Assembly (NCBI GenBank): GCA_036172245.1
Contig: JAYWIR010000002.1
Span: forward strand, 4,030,001 to 4,094,000
Length of the DNA stretch: 64,000 bases
Source of the DNA: Raillietiella orientalis
Lineage: Eukaryota
Direction: 5' to 3'
The notes below the pieces were generated by a model. It was not told where the DNA came from. It saw only the letters and a program-made list of their open reading frames with translations, and ran no database searches. Below are positions 39,700 to 53,149 of the stretch, piece by piece. Position 1 is the first letter of the stretch; each line of letters begins with the position of its first letter. The position numbers and the translations under genes are program-made.

Positions 39700-42617
39700 C
39701 CCAGCAGTATGCCTCACTCACGGACCAAGAGTCCATCGCGAACCTTTACGAACCACCTTCAAAGGTCCACTGCCCGCCCTCTGCCATCGCACTTGGCGCT
39801 TCGTGAGGCAACAGAGAGGCACCCACCGGAGCAGTGCTGAGAGAGAGGGCAGCCGCCTGCCCCAGAGGCAACTCCCAAAAGGACTGCCCCCCTCCTGGAG
39901 CCGCTGCTGCTGCCGCCACCGCCAGGCGTAGGGGGCAGCCGATCTCTGCGACCGGCCGCACGACCGACCAGAGGTTCCGTGCCGGGCCGCGAGGCGTCAG
40001 CTTCGGGCAGTCTCCGGGTATTGCCTTGGCGCGCAGTCCGCAGGCGCGCCCGCGCTTGCGTCGCCGGCAGCGGACTTTCCCCTGGGGCGCTTCGGGCATC
40101 GAGGGGTGCGGTTGCTTCCGCTCGTTCGATCTTGGGCCGCGTGCCCTTCTGGCAATCAGAAGACGAGCTTAGCAGCGTTGCGGACTCCCTCTAGCCTTGA
40201 CCCGAGACCCCGACCCAGAGCGCAGCCTGCGGCTGCCGTTGCAGCGCGAGCCCCCCGCGTCCGTTGAGTCGTCTCCCGCCTCTGCGCCGGGAAGGCGAGA
40301 GAAGGAAGCGGCCTCCACAGGCGGACTCTCTCCGCGGAGAATAGCTCCCTGCCGCACAGGGCGTCGCATCGCTTCCCGCGTGGAGCTCGTGGCTCAGGAG
40401 GTGACCCCCCTCCGAGAGGTCACCTGTTTCCGGGTCCCGGAAACGGTCTCAACGGCACCCTCGCAACCGTCACGGCCCTCCCTCCTCCAGGAAGAACCAC
40501 CCCGGAGGAGGGGCAGGGAATCGGAGAACCAGACGGCACTGGAGAAACGAATCCGGAGAGTGGAACCCGCCGTGATGCGAGGCAGCCTCGAGAGGCAGGA
40601 AGACGGGGACAATCTTTCTCTGACCCTCTGCCAGCAATGCGAGGTCTCCCGATCCCGCTTGCGCATCCGCCAGGATCTCCTCGCTCTTCCCCCCTTCCTC
40701 GCACCCTCCGATTCCCTGCGCTCTCGTCCAGGTGAGGCGTCCGCGGGCCCGAACCGAGCGGGGCTTCCGGGAAGCGACAAAATAGAACAGCGCGTCCCCT
40801 TCCGGCCACTCCCTCCTGCGCCGAAGGAGCGGTGGGGAGGTGGCGATCTCAGTCGCCACCGTGGCGTTTCCGCGCGCCGCGCTGCGCCCGTTCATCCCTC
40901 CCCTCGACGGCGCAGTACGCAGGGAGAGGTCGGCGGCGGATCCGTCCCTTTCGACGACGCGAAGGGAAGAGACCTCTGTCCTCTCGTCCTCTGACCTCTG
41001 ACCTTCGCGAGACCTTCCCGTCCTCGCGTAGTGCGGCTGCTCGAGTCCGGGAGCGAAAGGGGGAAGACGAGGGGGGGAGGGGAGGAGGACTGGACAGGGA
41101 GAGCTAAGGAGAGAGGACCGGGAAGAGAACAAGAAAAAGAAGAAAGGGAGGAGGAGGAAGGGACAGGGATGCTCCTGCACGATGCACGCGGGCGTTCGCG
41201 CACCTCAAGCGACGTAAGCCCCTGGGAGCATTGGAAGAAAGGGGTAGGGTGGGGTAGGGGGAGACAAGGAACGAAGGGATGGGCACTCCCGGATCCGCGG
41301 CATCGGAGAGGGTGCGGGGGAGATTCCGAGGAACGCGACGAGCACGACCCGCGTGAGCCGGCAGGAAGTTTGCTTCCCGCACAAACGGGCAGTCTCTGTC
41401 CCATATCTCTGCGGCAGGAGCACGCCACGGAGGACGCAACGGCAGCAGACCGCCGCCGCCTCACACGCGATCCGGCAGCGCCGACGTGGGGCCCAGCGCG
41501 ATGCCTCGGCGACCCTGGCTGCGTTTCCATGCGACCGAGCGCGTGCTGCTCATCAACCGAACCGCGCGGGCGGGAGCACCCCGCTGGAAGGCAGCGGACC
41601 ATCCGCCCTGCTCGGACGAGCTCGCTGCCCTCCTCCCGCGAGGGGTCTGGAGACGGCCTGGACCGTACACCGAGCTCACCAGGCAACCGGACGCTGCTGC
41701 ATCGCGCCCTGGAGCTCCCTCTGCGTGCGTGCGTGCGTGCACGCCTACGCCTTTGCCGAGAGAAACCCAGCAAAAAGAACGGGCAGGACGGTTACCCGCA
41801 GCGGTGGGAGAGAAGGTCGCGGACTGTGAAAGGTCATTTTTCGCCCGAGAGGTGCAGTAGCCAAGGAAGGGGGTGGAAAAGGGTGTTCCTTCCCGGGAGC
41901 ACCCGAAGCGACGGCGTCCGCGTGAAACTTCGCTCCGAGGAGGGAGGTCGTCTCCCATCCCTCTCGTGCAGGGATGCGGAACGCCAGGATGCCGGAGCGT
42001 GGGATCCCTGCGGCGAGGTCTCCCCGGAAGAGACGCGGACAGGAAGAGGCGGGGGGAAGGGTCGTGCAGAATCCGGGCGAATGTGAGGGGAGGGGAAAGG
42101 GGGTCCGACATAGTTCCGGGAACGCGTCTTCGGTTCGCTGCTGGCTGGAAAGGGCAGCGTTTCCATCGGAACCCTGCCGTTTCCGGAGGCGGGAAGACGG
42201 GGACCGGTAATCAGCGCGGTCTCTCCTCCGCGAGGCCTTGAAGCGCAGCAGCGATCCGAGGCCTCCGCCACCGAACGAACGGGCGGGGCGGAGGGCACCG
42301 TTGCCATGACGAAACGCGCGGAGAAGAACGTGTGCGGGACGGGGTCGGCGCCACTTCCGGGGAGGCCTCCTCCCAGCAGTTCCCCGCCCTCGGGTGCGGA
42401 CGAGGGATGGGCACATGCGCGCTGTCGCTTCGCGGACGCTGGCCACCGTGGTCGATGGATTCCGTCATCGTCTCTGAAGACATCCGGATGCTGCATCTTC
42501 GGGTGTTTGGATTCGTGGCCTTCATCCGCAGCGAGGTCGGCTGCGAGCGTTCGAGGTGCGTCTGGAGCAGGCGAAAGGAGCACTCTGGCGCGGGGGAGCT
42601 TCGACCTCGGGGAGGGT
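39700..42617 (+). repeat. Inverted repeat 1, left arm (2918 bp; partner 46470-49387)
   Basis: Mirror-image ORF sets with constant coordinate sum 89087; only three substitutions noticed (39819, 40520, 42097). Confidence 0.97.
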
Positions 42618-42699
42618 GTTTAGGTCCACGCCCAGCACCCACCATGTGCACCGTGACAGGATGAGTCCTGGAATTCACAAGAAATGGACCTGCTAGTTT

Positions 42700-43450
42700 C
42701 AGACTCTTTGGCATCTTTGGAGATAGGGTTTAGTGGGATTGAAAATGATCCAGCGCATGATTATAGGTGTGTGGTGTGGTGCATATCACTCCGGAGTGCG
42801 GTTGTTTTTCCGTTGCAGCACTGTCGCGGTGGCTGTTGTTCGATCGCTGGGTGGGTGAAGCGATGTTTTGCGCTCGTGCTGCTTCGGAAAAACCGTTTTG
42901 CTTAGTGACCCCTGCCTCTGGCGCCACTTGCAGGAGTGCCAGGGCGCGAGTGTCGTGAGTCGCAACCTTTCGGAATCATTGTCATCTGCAAAGCGATCTA
43001 TTCGAAACTCCTCATCTATTATGGGCACTTTGGCCAATCGTTCCCCTGGCGCAATTCTCGAACTCTCTTTGGCTGATAGCTTGACACGCGGCACTTGATT
43101 TCTTCTAAACTGCTGGCGTCACGGTCCGACCCCACTACCGCCGCAGGAGAGCGGGATCTTCCCTCGAGCGAGTGCATATCTGTCGGAAAAGCCGTAGCCG
43201 GTCTCTTCTGTCAGCAGCGCTCCCCTTGTTCACTGACAGCATCCTCGTTTCCTGAGAGCTGCAAGGGCATCGCCGGCTCGGTGATCGTCGCACGAGAGCT
43301 TGCCTTCCATTCGAATGTACGGTACATTTGTATAGAGGGCATTCCGCTCATCTGCACAGAACACTTCTCGTTTTCTCCGCATGCGTGGAGCAGGAAGGTG
43401 CTCCAGGATTTTTCACGCATTCAAAAACCTGCCAGTCTTTCACGCCGCCA
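42700..43450 (-). mobile_element. Possible RTE/CR1-type endonuclease remnant
   Basis: Frameshifted AAL-QETRM and LLTEETGY resemble IAALQETR...GY of APE domains; lower GC than its neighbours. Confidence 0.3.
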
Positions 43451-43799
43451 GTCGACGCACAACTGACGTCATCAAACCAAATGGAACGGGGCGTGACCAA
43501 ATGGCGACGTGTTTTTCCTCAGCCCCTTTTTATCCTGTGTGTGCTGGAGAAGGATGACGTGCAGCAACATACAGCAAGGCAACACCGCTCTTGCAAAGAT
43601 GAGGGAATACACGAAGAGATTAAAGTACTGTACTGGAGAATACAGAATACGCCAGAAGATGCTCGGATGAATCCAAGAATACCGGCATCAGAGCGTTGCG
43701 AGGTGGTACAAGAATACAAAATCCCGCGGTCCACGCAAAGAGGGAGCACCGATTACGGAGAGTCCGGTGGTTCGGTCCAAGAGAAAAGGACGCAATCAT

Positions 43800-44330
43800 G
43801 AAGAGACAAGGCCACAGGCGCAATTTCGACCCTCAGAGAGGCGGTTCCGGAAAGGAGCTGTCGCTCTCTTTTGTGTGCTCCCATGCCCGACGGCGCGTCT
43901 GGGGGTCCCCGCGAACAGACCAGCTCCTCAGGGAAGCTGCCGCTGCCTCTCCGGACCCGTAGGCTGCCAATGCTCCTCATGGCCAAGACTCTCGGTGGTG
44001 CAGCCCGAGCAACGTCCGGAGGACTACGCAGTGCACAAGAATCGCAGTCGGTGTGCCTTTCCCTCGTGGGCACGACTCCCCTCGGATGATGAGGAGCCTT
44101 TCAGGGCCGGAAGGGCTCTTCGGGGACGCCGGAGGTTCACCCACCGAGCAAGAAAGAAGGGGCAGGACCGTTGGCTCTTGGTCCGCCCACTGCGTTTCCG
44201 TTGGCTGGCCAAGAAAGTCCCGACGCGTCGAAAGGAAGGTCGGGGCACCACCTCGAGGCCGAAATCCGCGAGGGCATCGCACGCCCTGTGGTCGTTCTGT
44301 AGCACGCAGATCTTTGGCTGATTCGGTGGT
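43800..44330 (-). mobile_element. Decayed Tx1/L1-like ORF1 with zinc knuckle
   Basis: ACDALADFGLEVV...ALP...GKAHRLRF...GRCSGCTTESLGHEEH follows the L..FG.V ... IP ... C..C...GH layout of Tx1 ORF1. Confidence 0.5.
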
Positions 44331-46469
44331 GCTACCTCTCACCCCCGTCGGCTGATTCGCTGGTTCCCCCCCTCTACACAGTCTCCCTCCTCCTACCACC
44401 CATTCCTCCACACAGTCTCCCTCCTCTTCCCCCTCCCCCCAATGGTGTCCCTGTCCAGACTGCACTCGGATTCCCTGCGGTGCCCGCAAGAGCTGGTGGA
44501 CCCGTCGTTCTGTGGCTTCCGCGGCGACGTCAGAGCAGGGAGTCGCGGTTGCATGGCAACGCAAATGCCTGTTCCGGCCTCATCGCGGGGTTCTCGAAGC
44601 GGTGAAGCAGCAGCGCGTAGATGGTAATTAAAGTCATCATTAGGATGAGCGTTTCCAAGCCTTCCGAGCTCCTAGATGTCACGGAGATGGTGATGGATGA
44701 TCTCTCGCACGTGGCCGGTTCTCGGAACGTGCAGCTCGGCTTCTCTGAGAGGCTGCTTGACCTCTCCTTTCTGCTTCTTCCCCCCTCGAGAGACGCCTCC
44801 TCAAGGACCGGAGCGCAACCGACTCGTGACGTCACGAGGGGAAGGGAGGAGATCCAGTTCGGAGCAAGGCACAGGCAAAAATGAGATACTGAGTTGTCGA
44901 ATTCCCAAGACTCTGCATCCGTCACGAGGCACGGAATATGCTGGATGCAAGGAGCAAGCAACGTGCGCTCTGATGGAAGGGCACGCGTCCCTAGACTTTG
45001 ACTGAGAGGCGGCGGGTTCCTAGGAAAGCGAAAGGACGGAAACCCGGAAGAAAGAGAAACCCTCGAAGGTCGGGAGGAGCACGAGGGGATCTCCTTGCGC
45101 CCCCCTTCGCCTCAGGCCTCAGCAGCGCCCCGGAAATTGTTGCACGCTGCAGGGGGTGGTTTGGCGCAACCCTGCGGAAGTGGTGGCTCCAGGTGAATAA
45201 CGCCCAGCACGCACGTGACCTTCTTGCTCCTGTTGTTACCAGGGATCTCCTTGAGACCCCTGAGAGGACAAGGAACACTCATCCCTTCTTCGTGAACTGT
45301 GGGCCGGGGGATGCTTCGGGGAACCAAGAAGCGATGCTGCTGCTCGAGGCACATCCACCAGTCGGGGCAATGGTCGTTCAGGCTTCTTTCTCTGGACCTG
45401 ACGTGACTCGGAAATCACCCGCATGCTCAGATGCAGCTGCCACCATCCCTGCCCGTTCGGAGAACCGGCGTGCTGCCTTGGAGATATCCCGTTGCCACCG
45501 CTCGCTCGTCTCTCGACCTCAAGCACAAGCTGCACGTGTTTCACTTTTGTCAATTCCACAGACGTTATTTCCTGGACCTGCACTTCCGAATGGGCATTTG
45601 ACCTGTCTCGCACCAGCCGGACCGAGTCTCTCTCCCTCCGGGGATGGAGTCTTATTCTGCCCTGTGACGGGATGTCTGCCCACCCGAGAAGGCGTGGGCT
45701 CGCGGAGCCACGGACACCATCCACTTGGTATTTCGCCTCGAAACGCCCTTGGTTCCCTTTGGGTTCGATTTTCGAGCGAGTTGACATGGACGCACTACCG
45801 GCATGTAGGGAAAGAGCGCCAACGCGTTCGTGTTGGCTCCAGAGGACGCAGTGCCTCCAGGTGATGCGACTGCTCCTACAACGCTCCCATCGCCGCCAGG
45901 AAGAGCGATCGGGGCGTGCCGGCCGCGGTCTCCCTTTCCGCTTTTGCAAGTCTGCAGCCTGGACGCCGGAGGAAAACTCCCCGTTCCGGGTGCGTGGCTC
46001 AAGGGAGACATGCGAGCGAAGAACAACGGCTGCTAGCCTTGCGGAGAAGGGAGAGAACTGTTTTCCTGTGTTTCCATAACAACCTTGGAAATCAGCGGAG
46101 CTGTGGGCTCCTTTTCTGATTCTATAACATCCCCAAACCTTCAGAAGTCAGCTGCACGCTAGAGGGTCAGAGAAAGATTGCAGCAGGATTACGGCTCAGT
46201 CTCGAAGTCCCTAGGGAATCCTCCCTGAAGTCCTTTCGTCCGTCTTTTTCGCAGCCGCCGTCGCTTTCTCCGGTCGCCTCCCAGTCGCGACCAGACCTTC
46301 CCAGCTTTCGCAGCGTTCCTGATCCCGCGCAGGCCCCTATCCTATTACAGCTACAAATGCCGGCAGCGCATCTCTGGCGATCGTGCGGCTCACCATCCTC
46401 CCACGAGCGTCGAGGCGCTTCGAAAAAAACCATCGGGACTGCGAGCCCGATCTTCCTTGCAGCCTCAGA

Positions 46470-49387
46470 ACCCTCCCCGAGGTCGAAGCTCCCCCGCGCC
46501 AGAGTGCTCCTTTCGCCTGCTCCAGACGCACCTCGAACGCTCGCAGCCGACCTCGCTGCGGATGAAGGCCACGAATCCAAACACCCGAAGATGCAGCATC
46601 CGGATGTCTTCAGAGACGATGACGGAATCCATCGACCACGGTGGCCAGCGTCCGCGAAGCGACAGCGCGCATGTGCCCATCCCTCGTCCGCACCCGAGGG
46701 CGGGGAACTGCTGGGAGGAGGCCTCCCCGGAAGTGGCGCCGACCCCGTCCCGCACACGTTCTTCTCCGCGCGTTTCGTCATGGCAACGGTGCCCTCCGCC
46801 CCGCCCGTTCGTTCGGTGGCGGAGGCCTCGGATCGCTGCTGCGCTTCAAGGCCTCGCGGAGGAGAGACCGCGCTGATTACCGGTCCCCGTCTTCCCGCCT
46901 CCGGAAACGGCAGGGTTCCGATGGAAACGCTGCCCTTTCCAGCCAGCAGCGAACCGAAGACGCGTTCCCGGAACTATGTCGGACCCCCTGTCCCCTCCCC
47001 TCACATTCGCCCGGATTCTGCACGACCCTTCCCCCCGCCTCTTCCTGTCCGCGTCTCTTCCGGGGAGACCTCGCCGCAGGGATCCCACGCTCCGGCATCC
47101 TGGCGTTCCGCATCCCTGCACGAGAGGGATGGGAGACGACCTCCCTCCTCGGAGCGAAGTTTCACGCGGACGCCGTCGCTTCGGGTGCTCCCGGGAAGGA
47201 ACACCCTTTTCCACCCCCTTCCTTGGCTACTGCACCTCTCGGGCGAAAAATGACCTTTCACAGTCCGCGACCTTCTCTCCCACCGCTGCGGGTAACCGTC
47301 CTGCCCGTTCTTTTTGCTGGGTTTCTCTCGGCAAAGGCGTAGGCGTGCACGCACGCACGCACGCAGAGGGAGCTCCAGGGCGCGATGCAGCAGCGTCCGG
47401 TTGCCTGGTGAGCTCGGTGTACGGTCCAGGCCGTCTCCAGACCCCTCGCGGGAGGAGGGCAGCGAGCTCGTCCGAGCAGGGCGGATGGTCCGCTGCCTTC
47501 CAGCGGGGTGCTCCCGCCCGCGCGGTTCGGTTGATGAGCAGCACGCGCTCGGTCGCATGGAAACGCAGCCAGGGTCGCCGAGGCATCGCGCTGGGCCCCA
47601 CGTCGGCGCTGCCGGATCGCGTGTGAGGCGGCGGCGGTCTGCTGCCGTTGCGTCCTCCGTGGCGTGCTCCTGCCGCAGAGATATGGGACAGAGACTGCCC
47701 GTTTGTGCGGGAAGCAAACTTCCTGCCGGCTCACGCGGGTCGTGCTCGTCGCGTTCCTCGGAATCTCCCCCGCACCCTCTCCGATGCCGCGGATCCGGGA
47801 GTGCCCATCCCTTCGTTCCTTGTCTCCCCCTACCCCACCCTACCCCTTTCTTCCAATGCTCCCAGGGGCTTACGTCGCTTGAGGTGCGCGAACGCCCGCG
47901 TGCATCGTGCAGGAGCATCCCTGTCCCTTCCTCCTCCTCCCTTTCTTCTTTTTCTTGTTCTCTTCCCGGTCCTCTCTCCTTAGCTCTCCCTGTCCAGTCC
48001 TCCTCCCCTCCCCCCCTCGTCTTCCCCCTTTCGCTCCCGGACTCGAGCAGCCGCACTACGCGAGGACGGGAAGGTCTCGCGAAGGTCAGAGGTCAGAGGA
48101 CGAGAGGACAGAGGTCTCTTCCCTTCGCGTCGTCGAAAGGGACGGATCCGCCGCCGACCTCTCCCTGCGTACTGCGCCGTCGAGGGGAGGGATGAACGGG
48201 CGCAGCGCGGCGCGCGGAAACGCCACGGTGGCGACTGAGATCGCCACCTCCCCACCGCTCCTTCGGCGCAGGAGGGAGTGGCCGGAAGGGGACGCGCTGT
48301 TCTATTTTGTCGCTTCCCGGAAGCCCCGCTCGGTTCGGGCCCGCGGACGCCTCACCTGGACGAGAGCGCAGGGAATCGGAGGGTGCGAGGAAGGGGGGAA
48401 GAGCGAGGAGATCCTGGCGGATGCGCAAGCGGGATCGGGAGACCTCGCATTGCTGGCAGAGGGTCAGAGAAAGATTGTCCCCGTCTTCCTGCCTCTCGAG
48501 GCTGCCTCGCATCACGGCGGGTTCCACTCTCCGGATTCGTTTCTCCAGTGCCGTCTGGTTCTCCGAGTCCCTGCCCCTCCTCCGGGGTGGTTCTTCCTGG
48601 AGGAGGGAGGGCCGTGACGGTTGCGAGGGTGCCGTTGAGACCGTTTCCGGGACCCGGAAACAGGTGACCTCTCGGAGGGGGGTCACCTCCTGAGCCACGA
48701 GCTCCACGCGGGAAGCGATGCGACGCCCTGTGCGGCAGGGAGCTATTCTCCGCGGAGAGAGTCCGCCTGTGGAGGCCGCTTCCTTCTCTCGCCTTCCCGG
48801 CGCAGAGGCGGGAGACGACTCAACGGACGCGGGGGGCTCGCGCTGCAACGGCAGCCGCAGGCTGCGCTCTGGGTCGGGGTCTCGGGTCAAGGCTAGAGGG
48901 AGTCCGCAACGCTGCTAAGCTCGTCTTCTGATTGCCAGAAGGGCACGCGGCCCAAGATCGAACGAGCGGAAGCAACCGCACCCCTCGATGCCCGAAGCGC
49001 CCCAGGGGAAAGTCCGCTGCCGGCGACGCAAGCGCGGGCGCGCCTGCGGACTGCGCGCCAAGGCAATACCCGGAGACTGCCCGAAGCTGACGCCTCGCGG
49101 CCCGGCACGGAACCTCTGGTCGGTCGTGCGGCCGGTCGCAGAGATCGGCTGCCCCCTACGCCTGGCGGTGGCGGCAGCAGCAGCGGCTCCAGGAGGGGGG
49201 CAGTCCTTTTGGGAGTTGCCTCTGGGGCAGGCGGCTGCCCTCTCTCTCAGCACTGCTCCGGTGGGTGTCTCTCTGTTGCCTCACGAAGCGCCAAGTGCGA
49301 TGGCAGAGGGCGGGCAGTGGACCTTTGAAGGTGGTTCGTAAAGGTTCGCGATGGACTCTTGGTCCGTGAGTGAGGCATACTGCTGGG
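46470..49387 (-). repeat. Inverted repeat 1, right arm
   Basis: Reverse complement of 39700-42617; spacer 42618-46469 (3852 bp). Confidence 0.97.
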
Positions 49388-49995
49388 CATTTCTCGTACC
49401 ACGTGATGTGTGTGACGGCACGCACCCCACTGCCAACCGATCACGGATCCAGCGCTTCATGCGTGCGCCAGCGGGGGCCGAGGTTCCAGGCTACGGGATG
49501 TGTTCCAGGCCGTCTGCTCCCGTGCCTTCCAGGAAGTTCATTTCGTTCCGCTGGAGTCGGGAAGCTGTAGGCCGCATGGGTGCCTGTTATGAAGAGGTCG
49601 ATCAAGTCCCATCCCACCTGTGTTTTGGCTGGCCTACGCGACCACCTGTGTCGAAGGGAACGGTTTGCCTCATCCGCGCTCCGTGCGTCCCCGGAAACCT
49701 GCATGCGGAGCCCCGAAATCCCCCTCAAGGGTCATTCCGAGGAGGGTTCGACCCCGCGGATCGTCTGCACGGAGAGCCTGCGTTCCTCCTGCTGGAGCGC
49801 GCGATCGGTACCCGTTGGTGATTCCCTCCAAGCGGAGTCGCGTCTCCCGGCGGCCGTCCCGTGGGCTGCTGATGTTCCGGTAGCCCGTGTGCGGGTAGCG
49901 CGCGAAGGAGCGAGCCGCCTCCCATCACGCCAGGTAAGACGTCAGTTTCCCTGCCTTCCCGCGTGGCAGGGGGCCACTCCCCACCCATCTACGAT

Positions 49996-50730
49996 GGCGG
50001 CCGTGTGGCTTGGCGGTCTCCGCGCGCGGCACGAAGCGTCTTGGGTTCGAATCCCTGCTTGGACGATCGACGCCGAGAACGAAAAGGGAAAGGAGCATCG
50101 TGGAATTTCGGGTCCTGTCCGCAGGATGGCGCTGGTTGGCTTATTCGGGTGTGGCACCGGCGAAAGCTGAAAATCCCCGGATGCCTTCGGGATTGGAAGT
50201 CGATTCTCCGGGGTCCTTCCAGGAATCAAGGATTCCTTCGGGACTACCCTCCGGCTGTGCAAATGGAGCCGTCTCCCCCCCCTTCCCTTCCTCCTCTAGT
50301 AGGGACCCTGCACTCATATCAGGGAGCTGGTTGATTCTTCTCCAGAGTGCGAAGAAGCGCGATGCTTCCTTCGGGAGAGACCATTCCGAGAAAATTTCGG
50401 AAGAGTCCCTTCGGGGTTCTCTTCAGAAGAGAAAACGGGGAGCGATTCCCCTTGGGGCTCCCCTTCAGAGAAGAAATTCCCGGAGCGGACCCTTTCCGGG
50501 TTCCCTTCGGAGAAGAAACAAGGAGCCTCCCCTCCCGGGATTCCCTCAGGAGACATTCAGGTCGGAGGGTTCCCTTCGGGATTTCCCTTCCAAGCTCAAG
50601 AGAGGAACAGACCCCTTCCTCCTTCGGGCCCCTTTCTGGATTCGCAGGGTGTTCCCTACGGGGTGGTTTGCTGACCTGAAGAGCCGCGTGCACACCCGGG
50701 TGGCGTGGACAGGGCCGAAGAGCTTCGCTA
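49996..50730 (+). mobile_element. tRNA-headed SINE-like repeat (best copy)
   Basis: Pol III A box TGGCTTGGCGG (50006-50016) and B box GGTTCGAATCC (50044-50054). The body and about 40-bp tandem subunits (50360-50630) are homologous to copies at 25860-26408, 38015-38762 and 56830-57416. Confidence 0.75.
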
Positions 50731-51639
50731 TTCCCCCCCCTCCCCCTATAGCGAGGCTCGGGAGGCGAACCAAAAAGAGGGAAACCCACGTGGCGTGGGA
50801 GGCTGCCCGGCCGCTTGCGTGGCTGGTATGGCTGCGGGTAGGCTCTTGGCTGCATTGCCGCCACTCCCTTCACCGGTAGTCCTGCCTCTTCGTCCTCCGG
50901 AGAGTCAGGAAAGTGAGGTCAAGCACGCTTCCCCCAGGGAAGCGTGCTTGCACCGGAAGGACTTGCCCTTCCCGACATATCCTCTCCAAGGACCACTTCC
51001 CTCCTGGGAGCGCGGGAACGCAGTCCCCTGGCGGGTCTGCGCGGTTTTCTCCCCGCACTGCACTCCAGACGTCACTGATTGAGGCTTCCAACCCTGAGGT
51101 GACTTTTGGATGGGGATGAGGGGAGAGGAGAAGGTAGTGGGTTCCGCTTCCCTCTGAAAGCGCCAGCTCCGAGGGTGTCGAGCGCGCAGGTGGGGCGGTT
51201 TCTTTCGCCTCCTCATTCACCACCTACAGGCTTTCATCCCATCACATAGAGAGCGGTGTTGTTTCCTCTGTAGCATTTCTGGATATCCCCGTGGCCGGAT
51301 GCGGACGCGTCCTCCGGGAGGCGGGAGACCCGGCGATGTCGCTGCACCAGCTAGTCCACGCGCGCGCCTCGAAGGACTCCCGGATCCCTTCGTCCTTTAG
51401 CTGTTGCGCGGTGGGATCCAAGGCGATCTTTCAAGCCGGCGCTGTCCTGAAGGTTGCGGTTCACGGGTGTCTGCTGTCCACAGGGTGGTCAACAGCTCTG
51501 CGGAAAGCTCCAGACTCTAGAACTGCACTCGCGGCTCGATATTCCGCCGCGTCTGGGTGTCCGAGTCAGCATCTCGACGCGGCACCACCAAGTCCTGAAG
51601 GCAGGTTGCGTACCTGGCAGATTCCCACAAAGTTTCCAC

Positions 51640-52520
51640 CCTGCGTCTGCTCCTTCCGACCTGTGGGCGCGCCAAGATCATCGTATCCATGACGATCTCC
51701 GTCCCTCTCTCGCCCTTCCCTCGCGTGGCCTCCTCTTTACTCGAGCATCCGGAGGCGGAAGCTGCTGCGACCAGAGTGCCGCAGCATCGACCTCGGGACA
51801 AGGGGGAGAGGTCACTTGCCGCCGTCAGGCTGACAAACTTCAGACGCCAACGCGACGCTGCTGACGCTGCCGCGCCTACTCCTCCCTCCGCCCTCCCTAC
51901 CCCCTCCTTCGCATCCGAGCTGCCCGCTCGAGGACTCCGCGCTGAGTCGGGCGGGTTCTCCTGCGCGAATCGATAACACCCACGTGGGATTCCTCCCCTC
52001 CTTCCTCCTGCGGGGGAGGAGAAGGATGCCTGGGGGAGGGGGAAATTCGGTGAGGATGGGGAGGAGAGTGTTCTCTCGAGGAGATCTCCGCAGCAGCAGC
52101 CCGGTTCCTCCCAACCTGGACGAAGGAGGCAGACAACGTCGCCGTTGCCGTCCAGGGGAAGGAAGGTCTCTCGGCGGGCGTCACTCCGACCCTGGAGCGC
52201 CCGGAGGTGGGCGCCTCCTTCTAGCGTTCGGGCTGGAAGCTTCGGTCACCCTCCTTCCTTCGTTCTGCGAAACACTTCGGTTATCCCCCTGGAGCAGAAA
52301 GGAATGAGAAGCAGCAACAGCCCTTCCCGCCTCTCCTCCTCTCCGACGGGGGGTCTCGTCACGACCTCGACTTTCGTCTGACTTCTGCTTCCCCAGCTCT
52401 CGCCACCTCCTCCTTCCCGCGGATGTCTGCCGCTCTCGGTGCCGTTCCCTCTCCTCTCCCCCGGCGCCCATCCCTTTCCGCCGATCGTTCCATGCCCTCC
52501 CCGACTCCCCTGCGCAGGAC
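51640..52520 (+). repeat. Inverted repeat 3, left copy (diverged paralog of 59430-60070 with identical core 51706-51910)
   Basis: 205-bp perfect core (mirror sum 111612). Flanks are homologous but carry many substitutions and copy-specific indels. Confidence 0.88.
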
Positions 52521-53149
52521 TCCTCCCTTCCCTTTCCTTCTGAGTCTTCCCCAGTGTGTGTTCTCTTGAACGCCCGAGGACGAATCCGACCTCCCGTGCT
52601 CGGGACGCTCTTCCCTGGGGGTGATTGGCCCCAGCGCCCCCTTGCAGCGAGAAAAACTCTCCCGTCCGCTAGCGGGGCCGAATGGAGGTGATCTCGAGCT
52701 CCACGAGGCTGCCGGTGTCTCCTCCGCACTCCCCTTCCTTCTTCCTCTAGGGGCTCCTCACTCACCGTTGAGTGCGTACGCGCATGCGCGCGCAGGCTGC
52801 GTCTGACTCCAGTCCCCTGCGGGCGCATTTACTTTTCGGACCGGACCCCGGGAAGGGAGAAAGGACGCCGTGGTGAGATCACGGTGCCCGTCCCGGTTCA
52901 TCCAACGCCTCGCGCCCACCCCGGGATTTGACCTTTGCCGAACGTGGGTGGTAGCACTGTTCTCCCGTGGAACGCCTCGGAAGCGCAGCCGCGTCCCGTC
53001 AACCATTTCCAGGGCCCTCCACCCATCTGTCCACGGGCCAGCGGCGCGTAGGGGTGCACACCGGGACAGGGGCCGTGGCCCAGGAAAAGAGTAGCTCTGC
53101 CCGTTCCTCTGGAGGAGGGCAAAGTGCGGTTCCTGTTCCACCCCCTCCC

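Noticed and set aside
41486-41860. ORF faintly reminiscent of DIRS-element domains
   Set aside because: No convincing motif match by eye; an HMM search would be needed.
39700-49387. Giant DNA transposon or Polinton with 2.9-kb terminal inverted repeats
   Set aside because: The spacer holds only decayed non-LTR fragments; no transposase or integrase, no TSD, and the outer ends lie inside retroelement sequence.
49996-50065. Functional tRNA gene
   Set aside because: A and B boxes are present but there is no complete cloverleaf or T-run terminator, and the head is fused to a repeated body, so it was treated as a SINE head.
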